Shown: positions 1 to 11,373 of the stretch, piece by piece
How positions within the stretch are numbered: the stretch's first letter is position 1
How the letters are laid out: each line of letters starts with the position of its first letter
Origin: Caedibacter taeniospiralis
Lineage (GTDB): Bacteria > Pseudomonadota > Gammaproteobacteria > Francisellales > Francisellaceae
Assembly (NCBI RefSeq): GCF_002803295.2
Contig: NZ_PGGB02000001.1
Span: 1 to 32,000 of the forward strand
Direction: 5' to 3'
DNA length: 32,000 bases
Notes under the pieces: generated by a model
Database searches by the model: none
Told to the model about the DNA's origin: nothing
Seen by the model: only the letters and a program-made list of their open reading frames with translations
Translations under genes and position numbers: made by a program

Positions 1-226
1 TCGCTGAGAATGTTCGGTGCAGGTGCCCAGGTAGTGGGTTTTTGAAGATGTTTAAAGAGATATAAGATGTAGATACTTGAATACTTTGAGCGAAGAATAT
101 TGCGGATTGTAGTCACTGTGTTAGTTTTGAATTTTAAATGTTTAATTGTGTGTTGAGTTATTTTAAATTTAACATTCATAATTAAACATTCAAAATTGAT
201 ATAAGTGGTTATGATCTAAGGATTTA

Positions 227-1860
<1,634 letters not shown>

Positions 1861-1977
1861 AAAGGTACGAGTATGATGTTGAATTTTTAATGTTGAATGT
1901 TGAATTTTTGATGTTTGAAGTACGAAAGAAATTAAGAAAGAGCGAGAAGTATTTGAGTGTTTACAAATGATGTTTTT

Positions 1978-2092
1978 TCTAGAGACTAGAAACTAGAGAC
2001 TAGAAACTAGAAACTAGAAACTAGAGACTAGAGACTAGAGACTAGAAACTAGAATACTTCTAGAAACTAGTCTCTAGTCTCTAGTATCTAGT
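1978..2092 (+). repeat. CTAG-repeat hairpin in the 16S-tRNA-Ile spacer
   Basis: Tandem (CTAGAGACTAG/CTAGAAACTAG) units followed by complementary CTAGAAACTAGTCTCTAGTCTCTAGTATCTAG. Confidence 0.85.
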
Positions 2093-2169
<77 letters not shown>

Positions 2170-2312
2170 TCTAGAGACTAGTGTCAAGAGACTAGAAACT
2201 AGGGATTGAATCTTGCTGTGCGAGATGATTTTTTAAATGAATCATCGCGAAGCGATTCGAGTCTGGTTTCTAGTTTCTAGAGTAAGCGCAGCGAGCGTTC
2301 TAGTATCTAGAG
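2170..2312 (+). repeat. 143-nt spacer element, copy 1
   Basis: TCTAGAGACTAGTGTCAAGAGACTAG...GTTCTAGTATCTAGAG. Identical by eye to 2388-2530. It has CTAG arms and a GGGATTGAATC...GATTCGAGTC core. Confidence 0.92.
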
Positions 2313-2387
2313 GGGCCATAGCTCAGCTGGGAGAGCGCCTGCTTTGCACGCAGGAGGTCAGGAGTTCGATCCTCCTTGGCTCCACCA
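2312..2387 (+). tRNA. tRNA-Ala (TGC)
   Basis: GGGGCCA...TGGCTCC acceptor, GCCTGCTTTGCACGCAGG anticodon arm with TGC, encoded CCA. Confidence 0.97.
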
Positions 2388-2530
2388 TCTAGAGACTAGT
2401 GTCAAGAGACTAGAAACTAGGGATTGAATCTTGCTGTGCGAGATGATTTTTTAAATGAATCATCGCGAAGCGATTCGAGTCTGGTTTCTAGTTTCTAGAG
2501 TAAGCGCAGCGAGCGTTCTAGTATCTAGAG
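2388..2530 (+). repeat. 143-nt spacer element, copy 2
   Basis: Direct repeat of 2170-2312; no differences seen on reading. Confidence 0.92.
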
Positions 2531-2732
2531 CCGAGATCTTTAACAATTTATTATAGAGTAATGACCAAGAGAATAAGCGCAAACGGCGGATGCCTTGGCA
2601 GTCAGAGGCGAGGAAAGACGTGATAGCCTGCGAAAAGCTTCGGGGAGCTGGCAAATAAGCATTGATCCGAAGATATCTGAATGGGGGAACCCACCTCACT
2701 CATAAAGTGCTCAGCACTTTATTCATTTCGAG

Positions 2733-2763
2733 AAACTAGAGATTGGAAACTAGAAACTAGAGT
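2733..2763 (+). repeat. Short CTAG-repeat insertion in the 23S helix 9 region
   Basis: GAGAAACTAGAGATTGGAAACTAGAAACTAG in the segment corresponding to E. coli helix 9, between ...GGGGGAACCCACC and GCGAACGTGGGGAACTGAAACATC. Confidence 0.7.
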
Positions 2764-2837
2764 GAGTAGAGGGTGTAATTTGTGCATGAATGAGTATTTT
2801 AAGAGTGGGGTATCACTGACGTAAGTTAAGTGAGGCG

Positions 2838-2868
<31 letters not shown>

Positions 2869-3200
2869 TAGGAAAAGAAATCAACCGAGATTCCCTAAGT
2901 AGCGGCGAGCGAAGGGGGAAGAGCCTGGTATACTTTAGCATGTGAGTTAGTCGAACATTCTGGGAAGGATGACCATAGCAGGTGATAGTCCTGTAGACGA
3001 AAGCTTGGATGTGGAACTAGGTATACGAATAAGTAGGGCGGGACACGAGAAATCCTGTTTGAAGAAGGGGGGACCATCCTCCAAGGCTAAATACTACTGA
3101 CTGACCGATAGTGAACCAGTACCGTGAGGGAAAGGCGAAAAGAACCCCGATGAGGGGAGTGAAATAGAACCTGAAACCGTTTGCGTACAAGCAGTCAGAG

Positions 3201-3347
3201 CTAGAAACTAGAGACTAGAAACTAGAGACTAGAGATTAGGGGTTGAAGCGCTTCGCGATGATTAATTTACAAAAATAAATCATCTTGCAAAGCAAGATAC
3301 GACTCCTGGTTTCTAGTCTCTAGTTTCTAGTTTCTAGGAGACTAGTG
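3201..3347 (+). repeat. CTAG-hairpin insertion in 23S helix 25
   Basis: Located between GTACAAGCAGTCAGAG and GATGGCGTACCTTTTGTATAATGGGTCAGCGA. CTAG arms flank GGGGTTGAAGCGCTTCGCGATGATT...AAATCATC. Confidence 0.87.
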
Positions 3348-3765
3348 ATGGCGTACCTTTTGTATAATGGGTCAGCGAGTTACTTTTAGTGGCGAGGATA
3401 ACTGAATAAGGGATCCGTAGCGAAAGCGAGTTTTAATAGAGCGGACAGTCGCTAGGAGTAGACCCGAAACCGACGCGATCTATCCATGACCAGGTTGAAG
3501 GTTGGGTAACACCAACTGGAGGACCGAACCCGGTAATGTTGCAAAATTATGGGATGAGTTGTGGATCGGAGTGAAAGGCTAATCAAGCGCGGAGATAGCT
3601 GGTTCTCCCCGAAAACTATTTAGGTAGTGCCTTGTGAATGACTCGTTGGGGTAAAGCACTGTTTCGACTAGGGGGATTTTGCGATCTTACCGACTCGATG
3701 CAAACTTAGAATACGACGAAGTTGAATCACGGGAGACACACGGCGGGTGCTAAGGTCCGTCGTGG

Positions 3766-3803
<38 letters not shown>

Positions 3804-3838
3804 GTTATCGCTAAGTGGGAAACGATGTGGGAAGGCAT

Positions 3839-3902
<64 letters not shown>

Positions 3903-3959
3903 GAGTCGGCCTGCGCGAAAGATTTAACGGGGCTAAGCGATACACCGAAGCTGCGGGAC

Positions 3960-4393
3960 TAGAGACTAGAGACTAGAAACTGGAGACTAGAGGAGATAAG
4001 ATGCCGTATCACAATTTATCAGTATATCAGAAGGCATATCAGTTAGCGCTGGAGCTACACGTGGAGAGTATGAAGTGGCCGCGGATAGAACAGTGTGAGA
4101 TTGGGAGTCAATTAAGGCGAGCGAGCAAATCCATATGTGCGAACATAGCGGAAGGGATGGGCAAGCAAGCGAGTGAAAAGGAAGTAAGAAGGTTTGTTCA
4201 GATAGCGATAGGCTCTTGCGATGAATGCCGGGTGTGGCTGGATTTTGCAAGGGACTTAGGGTATATCGATCAGGAGAGTCATAGGGGCTACGATGAGAGG
4301 TATTGCGAAGTTGGGCGAATGTTAAGAGGTATACAGAGAAGATATAGCTGATGTCTATTCTAGTATCTAGTTTCTAGTATCTAGTTTCTAGTC
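3960..4393 (+). repeat. 23S helix 45 intervening sequence (IVS) with CTAG-repeat arms and an S23 ORF
   Basis: Located between CACCGAAGCTGCGGG and GGTAGGGGAGCGTTCTGTAAG. Terminal arms ACTAGAGACTAGAGACTAGAAACT and CTAGTATCTAGTTTCTAGTATCTAGTTTCTAGT are complementary. Confidence 0.9.
4001..4351 (+). CDS. 23S rRNA IVS-encoded four-helix-bundle protein (S23 family)
   Basis: 116-aa ORF with LYQKAYQLA-like N-terminus, QLRRASKSICANIAEGMGK and FVQIAIGSCDECRVWLDFARDLGY, typical of the IVS/four-helix-bundle family. Located in a helix 45 IVS. Confidence 0.93.
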   Translation: MPYHNLSVYQKAYQLALELHVESMKWPRIEQCEIGSQLRRASKSICANIAEGMGKQASEKEVRRFVQIAIGSCDECRVWLDFARDLGYIDQESHRGYDERYCEVGRMLRGIQRRYS

Positions 4394-4946
4394 GGTAGGG
4401 GAGCGTTCTGTAAGCTTATGAAGGTGCATTGAGAAGTGTGCTGGAGGTATCAGAAGTGCGAATGCTGACATGAGTAACGATAAATAAGTGAGATTCTTAT
4501 TGGCCGAAAACCCAAGGTTTCCTACGCAATGTTAATCAACGTAGGGTAAGTCGGCGCCTAAGGCGAATCCGAAGGGAGTAGTCGATGGGAAACAGGTTAA
4601 TATTCCTGTACCGATGGTAGTTGCGATGGAGAGACGGAGAAAGCTAGGTCTGCCTGGCGGATGGTAGTCCAGGTGAAAGCGTGTAGGTAGTGCACTTAGG
4701 CAAATCCGGGTGTATGATGATCTGAGGCGTGAGAGGGAACAGGGCTCTACGGGGTTCTGCCAAGAGATTGATGCTCGGCTTCCAGGAAAAGCTTCTAAGC
4801 ATAAATTACCATTGACCGTACTGTAAACCGACACTGGTGGGTGGGTAGAGAATACCAAGGCGATGAGAGAACCCAGGTGAAGGAACTAGGCAAAATGACA
4901 CCGTAACTTCGGGAGAAGGTGTGCCTCATTAGGGTGAAGGACTTGC

Positions 4947-5044
4947 CTGACCACTAAATTCTATGATGGATGAAAGCTGTTGAGAGTTGTAGAGATAGAC
5001 AATTTGTTGATAGCCTGTTGTAGGACGTGGAATTTAGTGGTCAG
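4947..5044 (+). repeat. 23S insertion or extension (helix 58 region) with perfect 15-bp terminal inverted repeats
   Basis: CTGACCACTAAATTC (4947-4961) and GAATTTAGTGGTCAG (5030-5044) are exact reverse complements. Confidence 0.75.
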
Positions 5045-5185
5045 GTGAACGTCTGGAGCGTGAAGAGGTTGCAAATACCAGGTGGCTGCGACTGTTTACT
5101 AAAAACACAGCACTCTGCGAACTCGGAAGAGGAAGTATAGGGTGTGACGCCTGCCCGGTGCTGGAAGGTTAATTGAAGGGGTTAT

Positions 5186-5486
5186 CCTACCACTTAATTA
5201 TTTTGGAGTTTGATATGTATTGTGTATACGTGATTTATTCGAAAGAATTAGATAGTTTTTACTTGTGGGTTATAGTGAAAACCTAAGGAAAAGGATTGAT
5301 TCGCATAAGTCGGGTAGAAGTAGATATACAAGCCGAACGAGAGATTGGATTCTTGTCTACTACGAAGCTTACGCAAGTGAAAAGCTTGCTAGGTTAAGAG
5401 AAGCTAAATTAAAGCGAGCGAATCGAATGAGGAGTTTGTTGTATAAAGGCTTAAGAGAAGAAATATCAGAGTAATTAAGTGGTAGG
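5186..5486 (+). repeat. 23S insertion (helix 63 region) with perfect 15-bp terminal inverted repeats and a GIY-YIG ORF
   Basis: CCTACCACTTAATTA (5186-5200) and TAATTAAGTGGTAGG (5472-5486). Flanked by CGGTGCTGGAAGGTTAA and GAAGCCCCAGTAAACGGCGG. Confidence 0.85.
5215..5474 (+). pseudogene. Small GIY-YIG nuclease, frameshifted near its N-terminus
   Basis: ATG at 5215 encodes MYCVYVIYSKELDSFYL; the expected continuation GYSENLRKRIDSHKSGRSRYTSRTRDWILVYYEAYASEKLARLREAKLKR is in another frame, starting at 5265. Together they match a GIY-YIG/UPF0213-like domain. Confidence 0.75.
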
Positions 5487-5509
5487 AGAAGCTCTGGATC
5501 GAAGCCCCA

Positions 5510-5552
<43 letters not shown>

Positions 5553-5553
5553 C

Positions 5554-5591
<38 letters not shown>

Positions 5592-5664
5592 CGATGGCCA
5601 CACTGTCTCCAACTGCGACTCAGTGAAATTGAAATTGCTGTGAAGATGCAGCTTTCCCGCGGCT

Positions 5665-5696
<32 letters not shown>

Positions 5697-6095
5697 CTTT
5701 GCACTGGACTTTGAGAATATTTGTGTAGGATAGGTGGGAGACTAAGAGATTCGTACGCTAGTATGGAAGGAGTCGACGTTGAAATACCACCCTGATATTT
5801 TTGGAGTTCTAACTCAGACGAGAGTCGAGGACAGTGTATGGTGGGTAGTTTGACTGGGGCGGTCTCCTCCTAAAGAGTAACGGAGGAGTACGAAGGTGCA
5901 CTCGGCGCGGTCGGAAATCGCGCCAAGAGTATAAAGGCAAAAGTGCGCTTAACTGAGAGAGTGACGGCTCGATCAGGTACGAAAGCATGCTATAATGATC
6001 CGGTGTTTTTTTTTGAATAAGACATCGCTCAACGAATAAAAGGTACGCTAGGGATAACAGGCTTATAAATTCTGAGAGTTCCTATTAAAGAATTT

Positions 6096-6130
<35 letters not shown>

Positions 6131-6341
6131 TGGTGCAGAATCTGCCAAGGGTTTGGCTGTTCGCCAATTAAAGTGGTACGTGAGCTGGGTTTAAAACGTT
6201 GTGAGACAGTTTGGTCCCTATCTGTTGTAGAATTAAGAAACGAGGCTGAGATCGACGCCAGTACGAGAGGACCGACTAGAACTAGCCTCTGGTTCGGCAT
6301 CTATTTCAACAAAGGCATAGCCCAGTAGCTACGTTCGGAAT

Positions 6342-6374
<33 letters not shown>

Positions 6375-6397
6375 AGCCTCAAGATGAGATCTCCCGT

Positions 6398-6530
6398 CTA
6401 GAGACTAGAAACTAGAGACTAGAAACTAGGAGTTGAGTCTTGCTTTGCAAGATGGGTTGTTTTTTATAAATCAATTCATCGCGAAGCGATTCAAGCTCTA
6501 GTTTCTAGTCTCTAGTTTCTAGTCTCTAGC
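6398..6530 (+). repeat. CTAG-hairpin insertion in 23S helix 98 region
   Basis: Located between AGATGAGATCTCCCG and TTAAGGGTTGTTGAAGACTACGACGTTGATAGG. Arms CTAGAGACTAGAAACTAG/CTAGTTTCTAGTCTCTAG flank a GGAGTTGAGTCTTGCTTTGCAAGAT...ATCGCGAAGCGATTCAAGC core. Confidence 0.87.
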
Positions 6531-6667
6531 TTAAGGGTTGTTGAAGACTACGACGTTGATAGGCTGGCTGTAGAAGTGCAGTAATGTATGAAGCTAACCA
6601 GTACTAATTGCCCGAGAGACTTGGTTATTACTCTATGATAGATTGTTAGAGCTTTCTGCTCGCAGGT

Positions 6668-6785
6668 TACCTGATGAAAATAGCGACTGTGAACCACCTG
6701 ATTCCATTCCGAACTCAGAAGTGAAAACAGTTAGCGTCGATGATAGTGTGGCATTCGCCATGTGAAAGTAGAACATCATCAGGTA
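6668..6785 (+). rRNA. rrf: 5S ribosomal RNA
   Basis: TACCTGATG...CATCAGGTA terminal pairing, with CCACCTGATTCCATTCCGAACTCAGAAGTGAAA. Confidence 0.93.
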
Positions 6786-6795
6786 TTTTATTTGA

Positions 6796-6821
6796 AAGGC
6801 ACCTCAGGGTGCCTTTTTTCG
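6796..6821 (+). terminator. Rho-independent terminator of the rRNA operon
   Basis: AAGGCACC TCA GGGTGCCTTTTTT directly after 5S. Confidence 0.9.
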
Positions 6822-6926
6822 TTTCTGTAGGAATAGTGAATATTTTCGCTTTAACTCATTTGTATTTGTATCCTGGCACCTATCCCATATATGATGTTGT
6901 CGAGTAAAATACTAAGGAGGTGTGTG

Positions 6927-8417
6927 ATGTCACAGTATATTTTAACTTTGGATCAAGGAACGACAAGTTCAAGAGCTATTATTTTTGATCGGAAAGGACA
7001 AATTGTTGAAATGGCTCAACAGGAATTCAGACAAATATATCCAAAGCCTGGCTGGGTGGAGCACGATCCTAAGGATATATGGAGCTCGCAGGCAGCAGTG
7101 GCGACAACAGCGATCACTAAAGCAGGGGTCAATGGTAAAAATATTGCGGCTATTGGCATTACTAACCAGCGTGAAACAACTATTGTATGGGAGAGGGACA
7201 CAGGGAGACCCCTGTATAATGCGATCGTCTGGCAAGATCGACGCACGGCTGAGTTTTGTAATATGCTGAAATCTCAGGGGCATGCGCACATGATCCAAGA
7301 AAAAACTGGACTTGTAATTGATGCGTATTTTAGCGCATCAAAAATCAAGTGGATTTTAGATCATGTTGAAGGTGCGCGTGAAAAGGCTAAGCAAGGGAAG
7401 TTATGTTTTGGTACGGTGGATACCTGGCTTATGGCTAAATTTACAAACTTACGTTTGCATGCAACAGACGTAAGTAACGCGAGCCGCACGATGCTTTATA
7501 ACATCCATACCCATCAATGGGATGATGATTTGCTCGCATTATTTGATATTCCCAAAGCGATGATGCCAGAAGTGAAGTCTTCAAGCGAGATTTATTCGCA
7601 GACAGCAACGACCCTTTTTGCCACAAAAATTCCCATTGCAGGTGTTGCAGGAGATCAGCAAGCAGCTTTATTTGGGCAGATGTGTACGAAACCTGGGATG
7701 TTAAAAACAACCTATGGTACAGGATGCTTTATGATGATGAATACAGGAGGTACGCCCGCTATTTCAAAAAACAACCTTTTAACAACCATTGCCTGGCAGC
7801 TAGATGGTAAAACAACTTATGCACTTGAAGGTAGTGTGTTTATGGGAGGAGCTGTCATTCAATGGCTGCGTGATGAACTTGGCATGCTAAATAATGCCGC
7901 TGAGAGTGAAAAACTAGCACTTTCTGTGTCAGATAATGGTGGGGTTTATCTTGTTCCTGCGATGGCAGGCTTAGGGGCTCCGCATTGGGATCAATCGGCG
8001 CGCGGTTCAATCTTTGGCTTAACGCGTGGCAGCTCCAAAGCACATATTGCTCGAGCAGCACTAGAGAGTATTGTTTATCAGGTCGGTGACCTTGTTGCGG
8101 CACAAGTCTCCGATACAGGGATTAAATTAACTGAAATGCGTGTTGACGGAGGGGCTGTAGCTAATAATTTTCTGATGCAGTTTCAGGCAGATATGCTTGG
8201 TGCTAAGGTGATTCGCCCCAAGATATTAGAGACAACCGCCTTGGGCGCTGCGTATTTAGCAGGGCTTGCTATAGGTTATTGGTCTGATATTGATGAGTTA
8301 AAAGGCTTATGGTCTGTAGAAAGAGAATTTGTTAGTAAAATGGACAGTGCTATCCGCGAAGATAATACACGCTATTGGCATAAAGCAGTTAAGCGAGCAA
8401 AAGGATGGAGCGCATAA
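6927..8417 (+). CDS. glpK: Glycerol kinase
   Basis: [74 protein letters not shown] at 6914-6920 supports the ATG at 6927 over the ORF-track start at 6891. Confidence 0.97.
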   Translation: MSQYILTLDQGTTSSRAIIFDRKGQIVEMAQQEFRQIYPKPGWVEHDPKDIWSSQAAVATTAITKAGVNGKNIAAIGITNQRETTIVWERDTGRPLYNAIVWQDRRTAEFCNMLKSQGHAHMIQEKTGLVIDAYFSASKIKWILDHVEGAREKAKQGKLCFGTVDTWLMAKFTNLRLHATDVSNASRTMLYNIHTHQWDDDLLALFDIPKAMMPEVKSSSEIYSQTATTLFATKIPIAGVAGDQQAALFGQMCTKPGMLKTTYGTGCFMMMNTGGTPAISKNNLLTTIAWQLDGKTTYALEGSVFMGGAVIQWLRDELGMLNNAAESEKLALSVSDNGGVYLVPAMAGLGAPHWDQSARGSIFGLTRGSSKAHIARAALESIVYQVGDLVAAQVSDTGIKLTEMRVDGGAVANNFLMQFQADMLGAKVIRPKILETTALGAAYLAGLAIGYWSDIDELKGLWSVEREFVSKMDSAIREDNTRYWHKAVKRAKGWSA

Positions 8418-9332
8418 ATGGTGATCACTAAGCATCAACAAGGCATTTTAAAAAACTTACCTGATTCAGCGATCTATTTGTTTTTCACATTGGAAAATGA
8501 AAATGAAAAAGAATTAGCAATGACAATGCAAAGCTTGCGCCAACTGGTCGATGGACAATCCATCGTGCTTGGTCTGGGTGAAAAAATGATGGCAAGGACT
8601 GACATGAATCTCGCATATCACCCGTATCAACCAACGCCAAGACAGAAAAAGCTTGCAGTAAAAACAGTTTGTGATTTGGTGCTTTGGTTAAGAGATCACG
8701 ATCAAGGGGTGCTTATGCACAAAGCAAGACAACTGATTGCGGTTATAAAAGATGCTTTCATTTGCCGTGATATCGTCAGAGCCTGTACCTATTTGACCCA
8801 GGAGCAAGATGGAAAAGTGGTCGATCATGATTTATCAGGGTTTGAGGATGGCACAGAAAATCCAAAGGGTGAAGACCAATTCAATACGGCGATTATTCGT
8901 TCGGGGGATAAATATCTCAATGGTTCAAGCTTTTGGGTTATTCAGAAGTGGCAGCACAACTTGGAGTGGTTAGATAAATCCAGCCAGCAGGCGAAAGAAG
9001 AGTTGATTGGTAGAAGTCTTGATGATAATAGAGAGCTCGAGGATAGTCAGGCTTTTGCGCATGTTAAACGTACAGCCCAAGAGAGTTTTGCGCCTGAAGC
9101 CTTTATGTGGCGCCGTTCAATGCCGTGGATCAATGATCAACTGGAAGGAGGTCTCATGTTTTCATGCTTTGCCACGAGCTTCTATCCATTTGAGGTGCAG
9201 TTTGCACGCATGACTGGAGAAGAAGATGGGATTGTTGATGGGCTGTTTAAGTTTTCCAAGATTTTATCAACGCAGTTTTTATGGTGCCCACCCTTTGTTA
9301 AAGGGCAATTATTGCTGCCTGAGTTTACGTAA
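8418..9332 (+). CDS. DyP-type (YfeX-like) heme peroxidase
   Basis: VDHDLSGFEDGTENPKGED motif, GSSFWVIQKWQHNL, IGRSLDDNRELED, RRSMPW. 304 aa. Confidence 0.93.
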   Translation: MVITKHQQGILKNLPDSAIYLFFTLENENEKELAMTMQSLRQLVDGQSIVLGLGEKMMARTDMNLAYHPYQPTPRQKKLAVKTVCDLVLWLRDHDQGVLMHKARQLIAVIKDAFICRDIVRACTYLTQEQDGKVVDHDLSGFEDGTENPKGEDQFNTAIIRSGDKYLNGSSFWVIQKWQHNLEWLDKSSQQAKEELIGRSLDDNRELEDSQAFAHVKRTAQESFAPEAFMWRRSMPWINDQLEGGLMFSCFATSFYPFEVQFARMTGEEDGIVDGLFKFSKILSTQFLWCPPFVKGQLLLPEFT

Positions 9333-9407
9333 GCAGTTTTAGCATGGGACACAATAGCTTTTTCGCCGATAATGACGATTGCGTAGGGGCGTATTGCATA
9401 CGCCCTT

Positions 9408-9869
9408 CTAAAAGTGGGCGGTGACTTTGTCAAGACCTAACTTCTTCATGCGATAGGCGTTTTCACCATTTAGATAGTAGTTATGTAGGATCTTATAAAT
9501 ACTAAACCCAAGTTTCTGGTAAAGATGAATCGCGCCAATATTGCTGGTGTTGACCTCAAGTGTGAGCATGGCAATGGTGTTTGGTAACTCGTTGATAGCG
9601 TATTGGATTAAGTTGTGTGCGATTCCTTTTCCTTGATATGCTGGTAAGACTGCCAGCGAGTAAATGCGTGCACTTTTCTGGCGAACAAACAAGAGTATAT
9701 AGCCAATTACCTGATGGTTATCATGCGCTAGATATAGCAGATTCCGCGGTGAGCGAATGTGATAATAAAATTGTGATTTACTGATCTGATCGGTGTTAAA
9801 AAGCGTGTATTCTAGCTCAGTTAGTGCGACCACATCACTTTTTTGAGCAACACGTACGCTAATCGTCAT
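9408..9869 (-). CDS. RimI-like GNAT N-acetyltransferase
   Basis: MTISVRVAQKSDVVALTELEYTLF...SLAVLPAYQGKGIAHNLIQYAI...LEVNTSNIGAIHLYQKLGF. Start chosen at the internal Met. Confidence 0.85.
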   Translation of the reverse strand: MTISVRVAQKSDVVALTELEYTLFNTDQISKSQFYYHIRSPRNLLYLAHDNHQVIGYILLFVRQKSARIYSLAVLPAYQGKGIAHNLIQYAINELPNTIAMLTLEVNTSNIGAIHLYQKLGFSIYKILHNYYLNGENAYRMKKLGLDKVTAHF

Positions 9870-11340
9870 AATGCACTCGTTTATGCTCCATGCGATTGAC
9901 AAATTCCAGCATGATACGGCTATACAGCTCATCGCCAAGATAAGCATCCTCCCAAGGGTGATCAATCGAAGGATTGTCATTGATTTCAATAATTACGGGT
10001 TTATCGTCAATCATTTTAATGTCTACCCCATATAAATCCCGACCGATTAAACGGCATGCCTTGATCGCGATTTTAATGACCTCCTTGGGCACCTGATGGA
10101 TGCCGAAGGCTTCTGCAGGACCAGCGGTCACGCTTTTTTTGCCGTGATTGACGATTTGCCAGTGATTGGGTGCCATATAATATTTACAGGCATAAAGCGG
10201 CTTATTGTTCAAAATACCGATTCGCCAATCATAATCGGTATAGTGGTATTTCTGGGCAATAATGATTGAGGACTGGGTCAAAAGCGTACTAAGGAGTGTC
10301 GACAATTCTTCCTTGCTTTTGGCTTTTTTAACCCCCTGAGAAAATGAACCATCGGGTATTTTCAACACCATAGGGAGTCCAAGTTTTTCGATAAGCATGT
10401 CACAATCTGGGGCTGAATCATCACGAAAAACAAAATAAGATTCAGGCATGGCTATGTGGTTTTTTTCCAAAAGATTATGCAGATAGACTTTGTTGGTGCA
10501 GCGCATAATGGTTTGTGTGCTATCCATCACAACCAGGCTGTTTTGTTCTGACTTTTTGGCAAACGCATAGCTGTAATGACTGATTTGCGTGGTTGTACGA
10601 ATGAATAAACCATCATATTCAGGCAGGCGAGCATAATCATCTTTGGTGATCAAATCGACATCTACGCCAAGCGCGCGCCCCGCTTTTATAAACTTTTTAA
10701 TTGCCTGATTATTGCTTGGTGGCAGAGACTCATTGGGGTCGACTAAAATAGCCATTTCATACCGATATTGCTTTTGTAATCGAGGTTTACGCCAGACTTT
10801 GGTACTAAAATCGCTTAGTGATTGCGCAAAAAGACTTTCTTCTCTATCGTTTAAACTTTGCAATGAAACGGTGTGCAGACTTTGTATTTGCCAGCTATTG
10901 AGTGTTTTGGCAAAATTAATCTGAAGAATGGGTGCGTTATAGGCATCAAAAATTTTACGCGCAAGCTTAGAAAAACCTGAATACTCTGATGTCCCAAAAT
11001 AAATTTTAATCTCAGAATGATCATCCACACAAAGGCGATCAAGAATTTCAACGCTTTGATTATTAAGACGCATGTTGAGCAAGCTAAACGATAGATCTTC
11101 CAAGTGTTGAAGATTATTAAGTGTGCTCACACTTGGAATAACTCTGTCACCATTGGCTTCAGCAAGCAAAGAAGCGTAGTATCCTTGACCAAGATAGCTA
11201 AGATCCTCAGAGAGGTTAATAAGGTAAGTATTGTGATTATGTTTAGTGGTGAGGTATTCTTTGGTCGTTATCAGGTTATCCGTTGGAAAGTAGGGGGCCC
11301 ATAGATCCAAATGGTCGATTAGTATTTTAAGATCCTTCAT
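9859..11340 (-). CDS. RimK-family ATP-grasp protein
   Basis: LSYLGQGYYASLLAEANGDRVIPS N-terminal domain; MVLKIPDGSFSQGVKKAKS, YDWRIGILNNKPLYACKYYM and DIKMIDDKPVIIEINDNPSID ATP-grasp motifs. Confidence 0.88.
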   Translation of the reverse strand: MKDLKILIDHLDLWAPYFPTDNLITTKEYLTTKHNHNTYLINLSEDLSYLGQGYYASLLAEANGDRVIPSVSTLNNLQHLEDLSFSLLNMRLNNQSVEILDRLCVDDHSEIKIYFGTSEYSGFSKLARKIFDAYNAPILQINFAKTLNSWQIQSLHTVSLQSLNDREESLFAQSLSDFSTKVWRKPRLQKQYRYEMAILVDPNESLPPSNNQAIKKFIKAGRALGVDVDLITKDDYARLPEYDGLFIRTTTQISHYSYAFAKKSEQNSLVVMDSTQTIMRCTNKVYLHNLLEKNHIAMPESYFVFRDDSAPDCDMLIEKLGLPMVLKIPDGSFSQGVKKAKSKEELSTLLSTLLTQSSIIIAQKYHYTDYDWRIGILNNKPLYACKYYMAPNHWQIVNHGKKSVTAGPAEAFGIHQVPKEVIKIAIKACRLIGRDLYGVDIKMIDDKPVIIEINDNPSIDHPWEDAYLGDELYSRIMLEFVNRMEHKRVHYDD

Positions 11341-11373
11341 TGATGCTTCCTTCGCGTGGTGGTGATTATCTGG

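Noticed and set aside
1870-1925. Tandem-like TGTTGAATTTTTAATGTTGAATGTTGAATTTTTGATG after the 16S gene
   Set aside because: Short low-complexity AT-rich repeat; similar AT-rich sequence occurs before 16S. No function can be supported.
5186-5486. Group I intron in 23S carrying a homing endonuclease
   Set aside because: The insert is only ~300 nt with the ORF occupying most of it. The ends form a simple inverted repeat, and no P/Q/R/S core was recognised by eye. A covariance search would be decisive.
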